A program made the position numbers and the translations under genes. The notes beneath the pieces were generated by a model. That model was not told the DNA's origin. It made no database searches and saw only the letters and a program-made list of their open reading frames with translations. Positions 38,797 through 48,875 of a DNA stretch of 64,000 bases are shown piece by piece. The DNA is from Kiritimatiellia bacterium (GTDB lineage Bacteria; Verrucomicrobiota; Kiritimatiellia; RFP12; UBA1067): positions 1,702 to 65,701 of the forward strand of contig JAFXEU010000046.1 of assembly GCA_017520845.1 (NCBI GenBank), written 5' to 3'. Each line of letters begins with the position of its first letter. The first letter of the stretch is position 1.

Positions 38797-40095
38797 ATGA
38801 GTTCCTACGATAAAGAGTCGGTAATGAAATTCCACAAGGGCGGCAAGGTCGGCGTTTCGTTGCCTAAGCCTCTTAAGTCCAAAGACGATCTCTGTCTGGC
38901 GTATACGCCCGGCGTCGCTCACGCGGTAAAGGCGATCGCCGCCGATAAGAACGCTCTTTATGACTGCACGGCGAAGCCTAATCTCGTCGCGGTCGTTTCG
39001 GATGGAACCGCGATTCTCGGTCTCGGCGATCTCGGGGCTTCCGCTTCGATTCCCGTCATGGAAGGCAAGGCCGTCCTCTTTAAGGCGTTCGGCGACGTTG
39101 ACGCGTGGCCCGTTCCGCTCAACTGCTGCCGCCAGGGCGGCGCTAACGATGGTAAGACCGATCCCAAGCGCGTCATTGAAATGGTCAAGGCCATCGCTCC
39201 GCAGTACGGCGGCATCAATCTTGAGGATATCGCTTCGCCCGCGTGCTTTGAAATCGAGGACGTTCTCGATCGTGAGCTCGACATCCCCGTTTTCCACGAC
39301 GATCAGTGGGGAACGGCCGTGATTACGCTTTCCGGCGTCATCAACTACGCTTATCTCGCCGGCCGCGAACTTTCGTCGCTTAAGATCGTGATAAACGGCG
39401 CGGGTGCCGCGGGAATCCGCATTTGCGATATGCTGAAGGCCGCCGGAGCCGTGAACATCGTAATGTGCGACAAGGAGGGCGTCATTCGCAAGGATCGCCC
39501 GAATCTTAACGAGTTTAAGGCCAGACACGCCGTCGAGACCGATCTTAAGACCCTTAAGGAGGCGCTCGTCGGGGCGGACGTCTTTATCGGAGTTTCGGCC
39601 GCCAACGTTCTCGTCGGCGACGACGTCAAGACGATGGGGGAATATCCGGCGATTTTCGCGATGGCGAATCCCGATCCAGAAATCGCTCCCGCCGAGGTCG
39701 AGAAGGCTCTCGCCGGACGCAAATATATCATGGTTACCGGCCGCAGCGACTATCCCAACCAGATAAACAATGTTCTCGGCTTCCCGTATCTTTTCCGCGG
39801 CGCTCTCGACGTCCGCGCGACGACGATCAACAAGGAGATGAAGGTCGCCGCCGCCGACGCGCTCGCCAATCTCGCGCGTCAGAGCGTTCCCGAGGACATC
39901 AAGGCCCTTTATCCGAACGAGAATCTCGAGTTCGGTCCCGGCTACATCATCCCCAAGCCGTTCGACCGCAGACTTTTCGTCGAGGTCAGCTTCGCCGTCG
40001 CGAAGGCCGCTATCGAGACGGGTGTAGCGCGTCTTAAGGTCGATCTCGACGAGTATCGCGCCGACCTCGAGCGCCGCAATGCCGCGCGCGGCTGA
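38797..40095 (+). CDS. maeB: NAD(P)-dependent malic enzyme
   Basis: LAYTPGVA, VVSDGTAILGLGDLG and NGAGAAG motifs. Confidence 0.85.
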   Translation: MSSYDKESVMKFHKGGKVGVSLPKPLKSKDDLCLAYTPGVAHAVKAIAADKNALYDCTAKPNLVAVVSDGTAILGLGDLGASASIPVMEGKAVLFKAFGDVDAWPVPLNCCRQGGANDGKTDPKRVIEMVKAIAPQYGGINLEDIASPACFEIEDVLDRELDIPVFHDDQWGTAVITLSGVINYAYLAGRELSSLKIVINGAGAAGIRICDMLKAAGAVNIVMCDKEGVIRKDRPNLNEFKARHAVETDLKTLKEALVGADVFIGVSAANVLVGDDVKTMGEYPAIFAMANPDPEIAPAEVEKALAGRKYIMVTGRSDYPNQINNVLGFPYLFRGALDVRATTINKEMKVAAADALANLARQSVPEDIKALYPNENLEFGPGYIIPKPFDRRLFVEVSFAVAKAAIETGVARLKVDLDEYRADLERRNAARG

Positions 40096-40124
40096 ATATA
40101 ATGTCTGATTTAAGGAAGAAGGTT

Positions 40125-41738
40125 ATGAGCACATACAAATGGTCTTGGTTCAGAGCGGGCCGCATTGCGCAGATCGCGCTCAAAAACGGCGACGATATCG
40201 CCAATCTGGCGTCTCTCGACAAGAAGTACTTCATGGCGATGTCCTTGCCTATCAAGTCGGTTCGCTACGACAGGCGGATGCTTGAGCTTATGGATACCGA
40301 CAAGGACGGACGCATCCGCATTTCCGAGGTCTTGTCCGCCATCGAGTTCCTTAAAGCAAAGGGAGTCGATCTCAATACGCTTTTCAAACCTTCAAAAGAC
40401 GACGAGGCCGCTCTTGCCGAGGTCGTGAAAAAAGAGTCCGATCTGGCCGGGCTCGAACCGTCCGAGGCCGATAAAAAGGCGATGGCGGACTGGATTGAGA
40501 AAGGCGCGAGCCCTGAGGTGGCGACTCTCGGCGAAAAAACGGCCGATGCCGCCGCCGCGCTCTGTGCCGTGGAAGGCCTGATCGACACGTTCTTCGTTCC
40601 TGCCGCCGACATGCCGCTCGTCATGGAGGAGCCCGACAAGGTTCTTCCCTTGGACAACCGTCTCAATCCCGCTCACCGCGAAAAGATTTTTGCGTTCCGC
40701 GACAAGTGCGTGAAGGAGATTCTCGGCGATGTCGAATCTCTTGACTTTCTGTCCTGGGGTCGCGTAAAGGCGGCGCTCGCCCCTTATCGCGCCCATCAGG
40801 CCGCCAAGCCCGTCATGAATGCGGAAATGAAACGCGCTCTTGAGGACGAGGAAAGGGTTTTAAGGTATAAGCTCAGGCTTCTCGAATTCCTCGAGAACTT
40901 CGTCAACATGAAGCGTCTCTATTCGAGGGAGGCTCTTGCGATGTTTCAGATCGGCACGCTCCGCATCGACGCGAGGGAGATGGTGCTTTCATTCGATGTT
41001 GAAAGCGAAGCCGCCCACAGCGCGCTCGCGGTAAAGTCCAATTGCTGCGTTCTTTATCTCAAGCTTACGAATATGGCGACAAAGGCGACGCGTTCGATCT
41101 GTTCCGTCGTCACAAAGGGTACCGTCTCGCGTCTTTACGTCGGCAGGAACGGCGTCTTTCACGATCTTGACGGCAACGAGTGGGAGGCGGTAGTGACCAG
41201 AGTGGTTGAAAGCCAGGTTTCTCTCGCCGAAGCGTTCTGGCTTCCCTGGAAGAAGGTCGCCGACGGAATCTCCTCTATGGTTAAGAAGTTTCTCGGCGAA
41301 AAGCAGGCCGTCGGACAGAAGACGATCGACAAGGGTTCCAAGAACGCGGAGTCCGGCGGAGCGGCGATGGCTTCAAGCGTTGCGGCCATCGGTATCGCCG
41401 TCGGCATGATCGGCGCGGCGGCCGCGTCGATCGCCGCCGTCTTTACCGGAATGTCGCCGAAGAATTTCGCGATTTCACTCGCCGCTCTCATACTGGTCGT
41501 TTCTCTGCCGAGCGTCATACTTACGTGGTTCAAGCTTCGCCGTCGCGATATCGGCGCTATTTTAAACGCCAGCGGCTGGGCGGTAAACCGACCGATGGCG
41601 TTTTCGATAAAGCGCGCGAGCGAATTCACGAGGTGTCTGCCCTGCAAGGGATGTTTCTGGTTCTGGCTCAAGACGATTTTCATAGTGGCTCTCGTAGCGG
41701 GGGCGTATTTCGGATGGAATTATTATAAATCGATATAA
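40125..41738 (+). CDS. Membrane-anchored protein with an N-terminal EF-hand-like loop; function unknown
   Basis: DTDKDGRIRISE matches the canonical DxDxDGxIxxxE loop. Three C-terminal TM segments. AGGAAG RBS lies before the ATG at 40125 (alternative ATG at 40101). Confidence 0.5.
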   Translation: MSTYKWSWFRAGRIAQIALKNGDDIANLASLDKKYFMAMSLPIKSVRYDRRMLELMDTDKDGRIRISEVLSAIEFLKAKGVDLNTLFKPSKDDEAALAEVVKKESDLAGLEPSEADKKAMADWIEKGASPEVATLGEKTADAAAALCAVEGLIDTFFVPAADMPLVMEEPDKVLPLDNRLNPAHREKIFAFRDKCVKEILGDVESLDFLSWGRVKAALAPYRAHQAAKPVMNAEMKRALEDEERVLRYKLRLLEFLENFVNMKRLYSREALAMFQIGTLRIDAREMVLSFDVESEAAHSALAVKSNCCVLYLKLTNMATKATRSICSVVTKGTVSRLYVGRNGVFHDLDGNEWEAVVTRVVESQVSLAEAFWLPWKKVADGISSMVKKFLGEKQAVGQKTIDKGSKNAESGGAAMASSVAAIGIAVGMIGAAAASIAAVFTGMSPKNFAISLAALILVVSLPSVILTWFKLRRRDIGAILNASGWAVNRPMAFSIKRASEFTRCLPCKGCFWFWLKTIFIVALVAGAYFGWNYYKSI

Positions 41739-41742
41739 AATT

Positions 41743-42417
41743 ATGAGAGTTGTTGCAATAGACGGTCCGAGCGGAGCCGGTAAATCCAGCGTTTCGCGCA
41801 TAGTCGGAGAGAAAATCGGCTTTCTTCATGTCGATTCAGGAGCGCTTTACCGCATTCTTACCTGGCAGTGTCTTGCGGCGGGTGTCGATATGGATGATCC
41901 CGAGGCGATCGCCGCTCATACGGCAAGGGTCGAGATCGAGTGTCGCCCAGAGAACGGCCGTATCGCGTATTACGTGAACGGCGAACAGCCCGGCGAGCGC
42001 ATCCGCACGCCCGACATCAACGCCAACGCTTCGAAGGTCGCCCGCGAGAAGCCTGTGCGCGACTACGTTACCTCGCTTTTAAGAGGAATGGTAAAGTACG
42101 GCGATCTCGTTGTCGAAGGTCGCGATATTACTACCGCAGTATTCCCCGATTCTCCCGCGAGATTCTATCTCACGGCTTCCGCCGAGGCGCGCGCCCGCCG
42201 CCGCCAGAAGGAGGAGGTCGACAAGGGTATCGCCAATCAGTCGACCGAGGACGTAAAGGCGTCGCTTCTCGCCCGTGACGCGATCGACTCGACGCGCAAG
42301 TACGCCCCCTTGAAAAAGGCCGACGGCGCGATTGAGATCGATTCGAGCGATTTGACGCTCGATGAGGTCGTCGAGCTTGTCATGAACGCCCTGCCTGAAG
42401 ATTGGAAGCATTTGTAA
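41743..42417 (+). CDS. cmk: Cytidylate kinase
   Basis: IDGPSGAGKSS P-loop, DSGALYR and GRDITTAVFPD motifs. Confidence 0.88.
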   Translation: MRVVAIDGPSGAGKSSVSRIVGEKIGFLHVDSGALYRILTWQCLAAGVDMDDPEAIAAHTARVEIECRPENGRIAYYVNGEQPGERIRTPDINANASKVAREKPVRDYVTSLLRGMVKYGDLVVEGRDITTAVFPDSPARFYLTASAEARARRRQKEEVDKGIANQSTEDVKASLLARDAIDSTRKYAPLKKADGAIEIDSSDLTLDEVVELVMNALPEDWKHL

Positions 42418-43290
42418 TTGAAGCTCTCCGTTAAAATCTGTCTCGCTGTTCTTGGGCTTTATTTCGCCGCTGCCGTTTTCGGCGAAATACAGTACCATGA
42501 TGCGGTATCGAACGACGAGATCGCGCAATATAACCAGGTTAACCTTTATGCGCGTTATCTTCCGCCGCTCAGCAGCGCCCCCTCGTTCGAGGATCCGGAG
42601 CAGGAGGAATTCTTTCTTCTCGGAACCGACAATCTCGGTCGAAGCGTAGCGCTGAGGCTGATGCAGGGTACGCGCATCGCGTTCCATGTCGGAATAATGA
42701 CGTCGCTCATAGCGATCCCCCTCGGTGTGCTGCTGGGGCTTCTGGGCGGATATTTCAAAGGGTGGGTCGACTCTGTCGTCGTGTGGCTCTCGGCGACGGT
42801 CGCGTCGATGCCCGGGCTTCTGTTCATTCTTGCGATATCGCTCGTTGTCGGGCAGGGACTTCTGGGTATTTACATGGGCATCGGCCTTACGACCTGGGTC
42901 GGCGTCTGCAGAACTATCCGCGCCGAGGTGATGAAGCAGACCGACAGGGCGTACGTCCAGGCGGCGAAGACCCTCGGGTATTCGCATTTGAGAATAATGT
43001 TCCGGCATATTCTCCCCAATGTCGCCCATATAATTCTCATCCAGTTTTCAATCCGCTTTCCCGCGGCCATATCGACCGAGGTTTTCATTTCGTTTCTCGG
43101 TATCGGCGTTCAGGGAGAGCCGAGCTGGGGCATCATGATCGACAACGCCAGGCGCCGCCTCTGTCAGGGTGTGTGGTGGGAGATGACGTTCACGACGATC
43201 GCGATTTTTGTTCTTGTGCTCGTATTTAATCATCTGGCGGATTATTTGAGAGATCGGCTCGACCCGGCTTTAAGAAGCGAACGACGGTAA
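42418..43290 (+). CDS. ABC transporter permease (peptide/nickel OppC/DppC type)
   Basis: Six-TM profile and an EAA-like loop (AAKTLGYSHLRIMFRHILPN). TTG start. No partner ABC genes are adjacent. Confidence 0.7.
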   Translation: MKLSVKICLAVLGLYFAAAVFGEIQYHDAVSNDEIAQYNQVNLYARYLPPLSSAPSFEDPEQEEFFLLGTDNLGRSVALRLMQGTRIAFHVGIMTSLIAIPLGVLLGLLGGYFKGWVDSVVVWLSATVASMPGLLFILAISLVVGQGLLGIYMGIGLTTWVGVCRTIRAEVMKQTDRAYVQAAKTLGYSHLRIMFRHILPNVAHIILIQFSIRFPAAISTEVFISFLGIGVQGEPSWGIMIDNARRRLCQGVWWEMTFTTIAIFVLVLVFNHLADYLRDRLDPALRSERR

Positions 43291-43308
43291 ATTTTAATAT
43301 TTGTTGAA

Positions 43309-44532
43309 ATGAAAAAAATAGAATATAAGTGGACTGCTCTTTTTCTTTTATGGATCGCCTGTTTTCTCCAGCAGGGAATGCGACAGATTTTTCCGCCGCT
43401 CGCCAGCACCATCGGAGGTGAATTCGGCGCTGATGCGGCGTTTCGCGGTTCTGTGATGGGCGTTTTCACGCTTGTCTACGCGCTTAGCGTTCCGTTCTCG
43501 GGGATGGCCGGTGATTTTTTAAGCCGAAAGAAAATCGTCGTCTTTTCACTTGCCGTCTTTTCGCTCGGTGTTTTAGGCGCCGGTTGGGCGAGCGGAATTT
43601 TAGGTATAATGCTTCTTTACGGCGGCATCAACGGTTTCGGTCAGAGTTTCTTCTATCCCGCCACGACGTCGATCGTCCAGCAGCTTCACAGCGAGAGCAA
43701 GGCGACGGCGCTTTCGATTCTTCAGCTGGCCATCTATCTCGGCATTATAATATTTTCGTTCGCTTCCGGAAAGATGCTCGACGTCTGCGGCGACTGGCGC
43801 GTTCCGTTCAAGGTTTTCGGTTTTATAGGTGCCGTCTGGGCGCTTGCGCTCGTGTTTCTTTTAAGGAACACCCCGCTTAATGCCGCATCTTCCGTGAAGC
43901 CGGCCTTTTCGCGGGCGTTGAAGTCCGTATTCTCGAAGCCTTCGGTCGTTCTCCTCGCGCTTGGACTCGGCATGCAGATATTCGTCGACGTCGGTTTTAA
44001 GATGTGGATGCCCACGTATCTGGAGGAGACGTTCCCGGGTATGTCTAAGGCCTCTTGCGGTCTTAACGCCGTGCTGTGGCATTATCTCGGCGCCTTTGCG
44101 GGCGTGATGATTGCGAGCCGCCTTTCCGACAAGCTCGTCCGCCGTCGTCCCGGAATACGTATGGAAATGAATATAATAGGTCTTCTTCTCGGAGCGCCGT
44201 TCATTTTGTGGATGGCGAGGGCGGGATCCTTCGGGGCGATCTGCTGGGCGATGGGGCTTTTCGGATTTTTCCGGGGCGTATACGATTCCAATCAGTTCGC
44301 GTCCATTTTCGATGTGGTCGAGCCGCGCTACCGCGCTTCCGCGATGGGGATGGTTCTCCTTTTTGCGTTCGCTTTCGGAGCCGTTGCGCCGGTGGTCATG
44401 GGGCTTGTAAAGGATTCGTTCAATAATCTAGCGCCGGTAATGGCGTCGCTTTCGGCATTTTTCGTCGCCGGGGCCGCGATAATACTTGTCGCGAGAATCT
44501 TTTTTCTCAGGCGCGATTATGTCGGCAGGTGA
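43309..44532 (+). CDS. MFS transporter
   Basis: 12-TM profile with the GMAGDFLSRKK loop motif between TM2 and TM3. Confidence 0.7.
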   Translation: MKKIEYKWTALFLLWIACFLQQGMRQIFPPLASTIGGEFGADAAFRGSVMGVFTLVYALSVPFSGMAGDFLSRKKIVVFSLAVFSLGVLGAGWASGILGIMLLYGGINGFGQSFFYPATTSIVQQLHSESKATALSILQLAIYLGIIIFSFASGKMLDVCGDWRVPFKVFGFIGAVWALALVFLLRNTPLNAASSVKPAFSRALKSVFSKPSVVLLALGLGMQIFVDVGFKMWMPTYLEETFPGMSKASCGLNAVLWHYLGAFAGVMIASRLSDKLVRRRPGIRMEMNIIGLLLGAPFILWMARAGSFGAICWAMGLFGFFRGVYDSNQFASIFDVVEPRYRASAMGMVLLFAFAFGAVAPVVMGLVKDSFNNLAPVMASLSAFFVAGAAIILVARIFFLRRDYVGR

Positions 44533-44562
44533 TATTTCCCATTGCGCTTTGGGAGAATAAAG

Positions 44563-44571
44563 TGATATACT
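44563..44571 (+). promoter_or_regulatory. Extended -10-like box TGATATACT upstream of rpsA
   Basis: 8/9 match to the recurrent TGATATAAT. About 80-nt leader with two small hairpins. Confidence 0.35.
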
Positions 44572-44650
44572 ATAGGTTCCACGCCCAAAAACGGGGTGGA
44601 CGCGGCCGAAAACCGCGATTATAAATTAAACAATAAAAATACAATAAAGT

Positions 44651-46405
44651 ATGGCAATTCGTAAACCTACGGCTCCGTCGGAGCGTTCGTCCGCGATGGA
44701 AGCGATGCTCGCGCAGGCGCTTCAGGAGTCGAAGTTCAAGAATGGTAGCATCATCGAGGGTACCATCAGCGCCGTCAAGGGTGACGACGTTTTCATTGAC
44801 ATCGGTTACAAGTCCGAGGGTGCGGTTTCCGCGTCCGAGTTCGGCGACGTCAGCGTCAAGGTCGGCGACAAGGTAACCGTAATGCTCGTTCAACTCGAGA
44901 ACGAGAAGACCGGTATGGTTGAGCTTTCCAAGCGCCGCGCCGACGAGAAGATCCGCTGGGAGAAGATTCTCGAGCGTTATGTCGAAGGCTGCGTCGTCAC
45001 CGGCACGATCAAGTCTGCCGTCCGCGGCGGTCTTCTGGTCGCCATCGACGATGTCGAGGCGTTCCTGCCCGGCAGCCAGGTCGAAGTCGCTCCCGTCAAG
45101 GAGCTCGAGCCCTATGTCGGCCAGACATTCGATTTCAAGGTCATCAAGATTTCCAACGAGAGACGCAACCTCATCGTTTCGCGCCGCGAACTCATCGAGG
45201 GCACGCTCGCCGAGAAGAAGGCCGAGCTCCTCGCCTCTCTCCAGAAGGGCGAAGTCCGCAAGGGCCGCGTGAAGAACATCACCGACTTCGGCGCGTTCAT
45301 CGACCTCGACGGTCTCGACGGACTCCTCCACATCACCGATATGAGCTGGGGCCGCGTCAAGCACCCGGCCGAGATGCTTAAGGTCGGCGAAGAGCTCGAC
45401 GTCATGGTTCTCGATGTCGATCGCGACCGCGAGCGCGTCAGCCTCGGACTTAAGCAGACGACCGAGAATCCCTGGAACACGATTCAGGAGCAGTTCCCCG
45501 TCGGCGCCCGCGTCGCCGGTAAGGTCGTCAATCTCGCCGCTTACGGCGCGTTCATCGAGATCGCTCCCGGCGTCGAAGGTCTCGTCCACATCAGCGAATT
45601 CAGCTGGACCAAGCGCGTTGCCCGCGCCAGCGACGTTCTCAATGTCGGCGACGAGGTTCAGGTCGTCGTTCTCTCCGTCGACATCGACAACCAGAAGATC
45701 GCCCTCGGCATCCGCCAGACCCAGGACAATCCCTGGGATACGGTTCAGGAGCGCTTCCCGGTCGGTTCGAAGGTTTCGGGCAAGATCCGCAACTTCACGG
45801 CTTACGGCGCGTTCGTCGAGCTCGAAGAGGGCATCGACGGCATGATCCACGTCAGCGACATGAGCTGGACGCGCAAGATCAACCATCCTTCCGAGTGCCT
45901 CCAGAAGGGCCAGGAAGTCGAGGCCGTCGTTCTCGACGTCAACCCGAAAGAGCAGCGCATCTCGCTCGGCCTCAAGCAGGCTCAGACCGATCCCTGGAGC
46001 GACATCGCCGCGAAGTACGCGGTCGGCTCCACCGTCAAGGGCAAGGTCTCCAAGATCGCCTCGTTCGGTGCGTTCATCGAGCTCGAGGACGGTGTCGACG
46101 GTCTCGTCCACATCTCCCAGATCTCCGATCAGCGCGTCGAGAAGGTCAAGGACGCTCTCGAAGTCGGTCAGGAAGTCGAGGCCCGCGTCGTCAAGGTCGA
46201 CCGCGGCGAGCGCCGTATCGGTCTTTCGATCCGCGCCATGACGATGAGCGACGAGGAGCTCAAGGCTCTCGAGGCCGAGGCCGCCGGCGAACCCGTCGAG
46301 CCCGTATCCTCCAAGACAGCCGGCAGCGACAGCCTCGGTGGCCTCTCCGCCGCGTTTGACAATGCGTTCGCGAACGTCGAGTGGCAGCCCGGCGAGTCCA
46401 AGTAA
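44651..46405 (+). CDS. rpsA: 30S ribosomal protein S1
   Basis: Six tandem S1 domains (repeated G.V..I..FGAF..L...GL.H.S). Confidence 0.92.
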   Translation: MAIRKPTAPSERSSAMEAMLAQALQESKFKNGSIIEGTISAVKGDDVFIDIGYKSEGAVSASEFGDVSVKVGDKVTVMLVQLENEKTGMVELSKRRADEKIRWEKILERYVEGCVVTGTIKSAVRGGLLVAIDDVEAFLPGSQVEVAPVKELEPYVGQTFDFKVIKISNERRNLIVSRRELIEGTLAEKKAELLASLQKGEVRKGRVKNITDFGAFIDLDGLDGLLHITDMSWGRVKHPAEMLKVGEELDVMVLDVDRDRERVSLGLKQTTENPWNTIQEQFPVGARVAGKVVNLAAYGAFIEIAPGVEGLVHISEFSWTKRVARASDVLNVGDEVQVVVLSVDIDNQKIALGIRQTQDNPWDTVQERFPVGSKVSGKIRNFTAYGAFVELEEGIDGMIHVSDMSWTRKINHPSECLQKGQEVEAVVLDVNPKEQRISLGLKQAQTDPWSDIAAKYAVGSTVKGKVSKIASFGAFIELEDGVDGLVHISQISDQRVEKVKDALEVGQEVEARVVKVDRGERRIGLSIRAMTMSDEELKALEAEAAGEPVEPVSSKTAGSDSLGGLSAAFDNAFANVEWQPGESK

Positions 46406-46432
46406 GAAACATCTCACGAAAGGAACACCGAA

Positions 46433-46663
46433 ATGTCCAGAGTTTGTGAAATCTGCGGTAAGGGTCCCACGGTCGGCAACGTCATCGTCCGCAAGGGTTC
46501 TCCCAAGTACAAAGGCGGTATCGGTTTGCACACGACCGGCATCTCCAAGCGCCGTTTCCTTCCCAACCTTCAGACCGTCCGCACCACGGACGGCAAGGGC
46601 AACACCAAGCGCGTGCGCGTCTGCACCCGCTGCCTGAAGGCCGGCAAGGTCACCAAGGCTTAA
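46433..46663 (+). CDS. rpmB: 50S ribosomal protein L28
   Basis: MSRVCEICGKGPTVGN...KRRFLPNLQ. Confidence 0.85.
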   Translation: MSRVCEICGKGPTVGNVIVRKGSPKYKGGIGLHTTGISKRRFLPNLQTVRTTDGKGNTKRVRVCTRCLKAGKVTKA

Positions 46664-46679
46664 TTTAAGTTAAAACTAA

Positions 46680-47705
<1,026 letters not shown>

Positions 47706-47729
47706 TCACGAGAGCGATAAAGAAAAAAA

Positions 47730-47762
47730 ATCCCTGCCGAGCAGTCGGCGGGGATTTTTTTA
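47730..47762. terminator. Rho-independent terminator after gap (A-run, 11-bp hairpin, T-run)
   Basis: AAAAAAAA-TCCCTGCCGA-GCAG-TCGGCGGGGA-TTTTTTT. Confidence 0.8.
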
Positions 47763-47772
47763 TTCAGAATTT

Positions 47773-47807
47773 TAGTCGTTAGTGTTTAGTCGGTAGTCGT
47801 TAGTGAT
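47773..47807 (+). repeat. Five tandem heptamers TAGTNNN (TAGTCGT TAGTGTT TAGTCGG TAGTCGT TAGTGAT)
   Basis: Read directly from the sequence. They lie at the left edge of the AT-richer island, just upstream of promoter module copy A. Confidence 0.7.
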
Positions 47808-47815
47808 GTGCCAAA

Positions 47816-47893
47816 GCGGCAGTGGAAGGTCTGATCGTTTTGCGCCAGAATTTTTGGGGAGGAGTGGAGGATTTAACTGGGATTTGATATAAT
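47816..47893 (+). promoter_or_regulatory. Promoter module copy A (recurrent element plus GGGGAGGAGTGGAGG plus TGATATAAT) upstream of the DUF3990-like gene
   Basis: About 80 nt, near-identical to 49123-49200. It ends in the extended -10 box at 47885-47893. Confidence 0.6.
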
Positions 47894-47920
47894 ATAGACA
47901 CTTAAAAAGGTAAATATAAA

Positions 47921-48403
47921 ATGATTCTTTATCACGGTAGCAATATGGTTGTTGAGCAACCCGAAATCTTAAAGCCAAGTCACGCACTTGACTTTGGACC
48001 GGGCTTTTATACAACATTGAACCGTGATCAAGCTGTTGACTTTGCTCAAAAAGTTGTTCTGCGCAAGGGCGGTTCACCCGTGGTTAATGAGTATGAGATT
48101 GATAGTGATACAGCCTTTGGACTTTGCGATGTGTTGAAATTTAGTGAACCTAATGAGATATGGCTTGATTTTGTTTGTTCCTGTCGCGATGGAGTTAATG
48201 TAGCCAAAGGAAGGGATTTTGTCTTCGGTCCAGTTGCGAATGATGATGTGTATAGAACATTGACGTTATATAGAGAAGGCGAACTTACAAAGGATGAAAC
48301 GCTTGCTAGATTGAAGATTAAGCAACTTTATAATCAACTTGTTTTCGCAACTGAAAAAGCGCTTAGTTTTATCCGATTTAAGAAGGCGGAGGTGATTGCA
48401 TGA
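47921..48403 (+). CDS. DUF3990-like protein with a PARP-like H-Y-E signature (candidate ADP-ribosyltransferase fold)
   Basis: LYHGS (His5), GPGFYTT (Tyr30) and VVNEYEI (Glu57) occur in the order and spacing of the PARP/diphtheria-toxin-clade H-Y-E motifs. AAAAGG RBS. Confidence 0.6.
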   Translation: MILYHGSNMVVEQPEILKPSHALDFGPGFYTTLNRDQAVDFAQKVVLRKGGSPVVNEYEIDSDTAFGLCDVLKFSEPNEIWLDFVCSCRDGVNVAKGRDFVFGPVANDDVYRTLTLYREGELTKDETLARLKIKQLYNQLVFATEKALSFIRFKKAEVIA

Positions 48404-48642
48404 CGGAGAGGCAGTATATAGCTTTTCTCGGCGTTTTGGTTCTTCCTTCGCTGGTGGCGGAAATTGTGAAGCGATTGGGTATCAGCGAGGCTGAAGCTAC
48501 AGAGCGACTTTACCGCTCGGAGATGTATGAAAAACTTTCTGACGAACGGTTGAAGCTTTGGCATTATAGTCCTGTAATGCTCGGTGAAATGTTCGTAGAA
48601 GCTGAAAGAACTGGTGTCATACCATATCCTGAGGAGGCGTAA
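48400..48642 (+). CDS. Small helical protein, DUF3791-like partner 1
   Basis: 80 aa, with an ATGA overlap to the preceding gene. LYRSEMYEKLSDERLKLWHYSP resembles the small proteins usually encoded next to DUF3990. Confidence 0.5.
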   Translation: MTERQYIAFLGVLVLPSLVAEIVKRLGISEAEATERLYRSEMYEKLSDERLKLWHYSPVMLGEMFVEAERTGVIPYPEEA

Positions 48643-48644
48643 GT

Positions 48645-48875
48645 ATGAGTGAGCCAGGTAAGTTTTTGATTTACTGCATAGAAATGTATCGCCGGATGAA
48701 GAATATTTCCGGTCGTGCTGCGTATGAATTGTTTCAATCAACAGGGGCGGATGAGTATGTCCGCAATTGTTATGGTGCGTTGCATACGACAGGCGAGCAA
48801 TATATGCTTGAGGATATAGATGAATATATTCAAGATCAATGTAGAAGAAAAGGGAGAAAACTAACGATAGATTGA
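48645..48875 (+). CDS. Small helical protein, DUF3791-like partner 2
   Basis: 76 aa, 2 nt after the previous stop. IYCIEMYRR...YGALHTTGEQYMLEDIDEYI pattern. Confidence 0.5.
   Translation: MSEPGKFLIYCIEMYRRMKNISGRAAYELFQSTGADEYVRNCYGALHTTGEQYMLEDIDEYIQDQCRRKGRKLTID

Noticed and set aside
44570-46531. 653-aa ORF on the minus strand
   Set aside because: It is entirely antisense to rpsA, whose six S1 domains are unmistakable. The translation is Asp/Leu/Gly/Arg-rich and low-complexity, typical of GC-rich antisense frames. There is no RBS.
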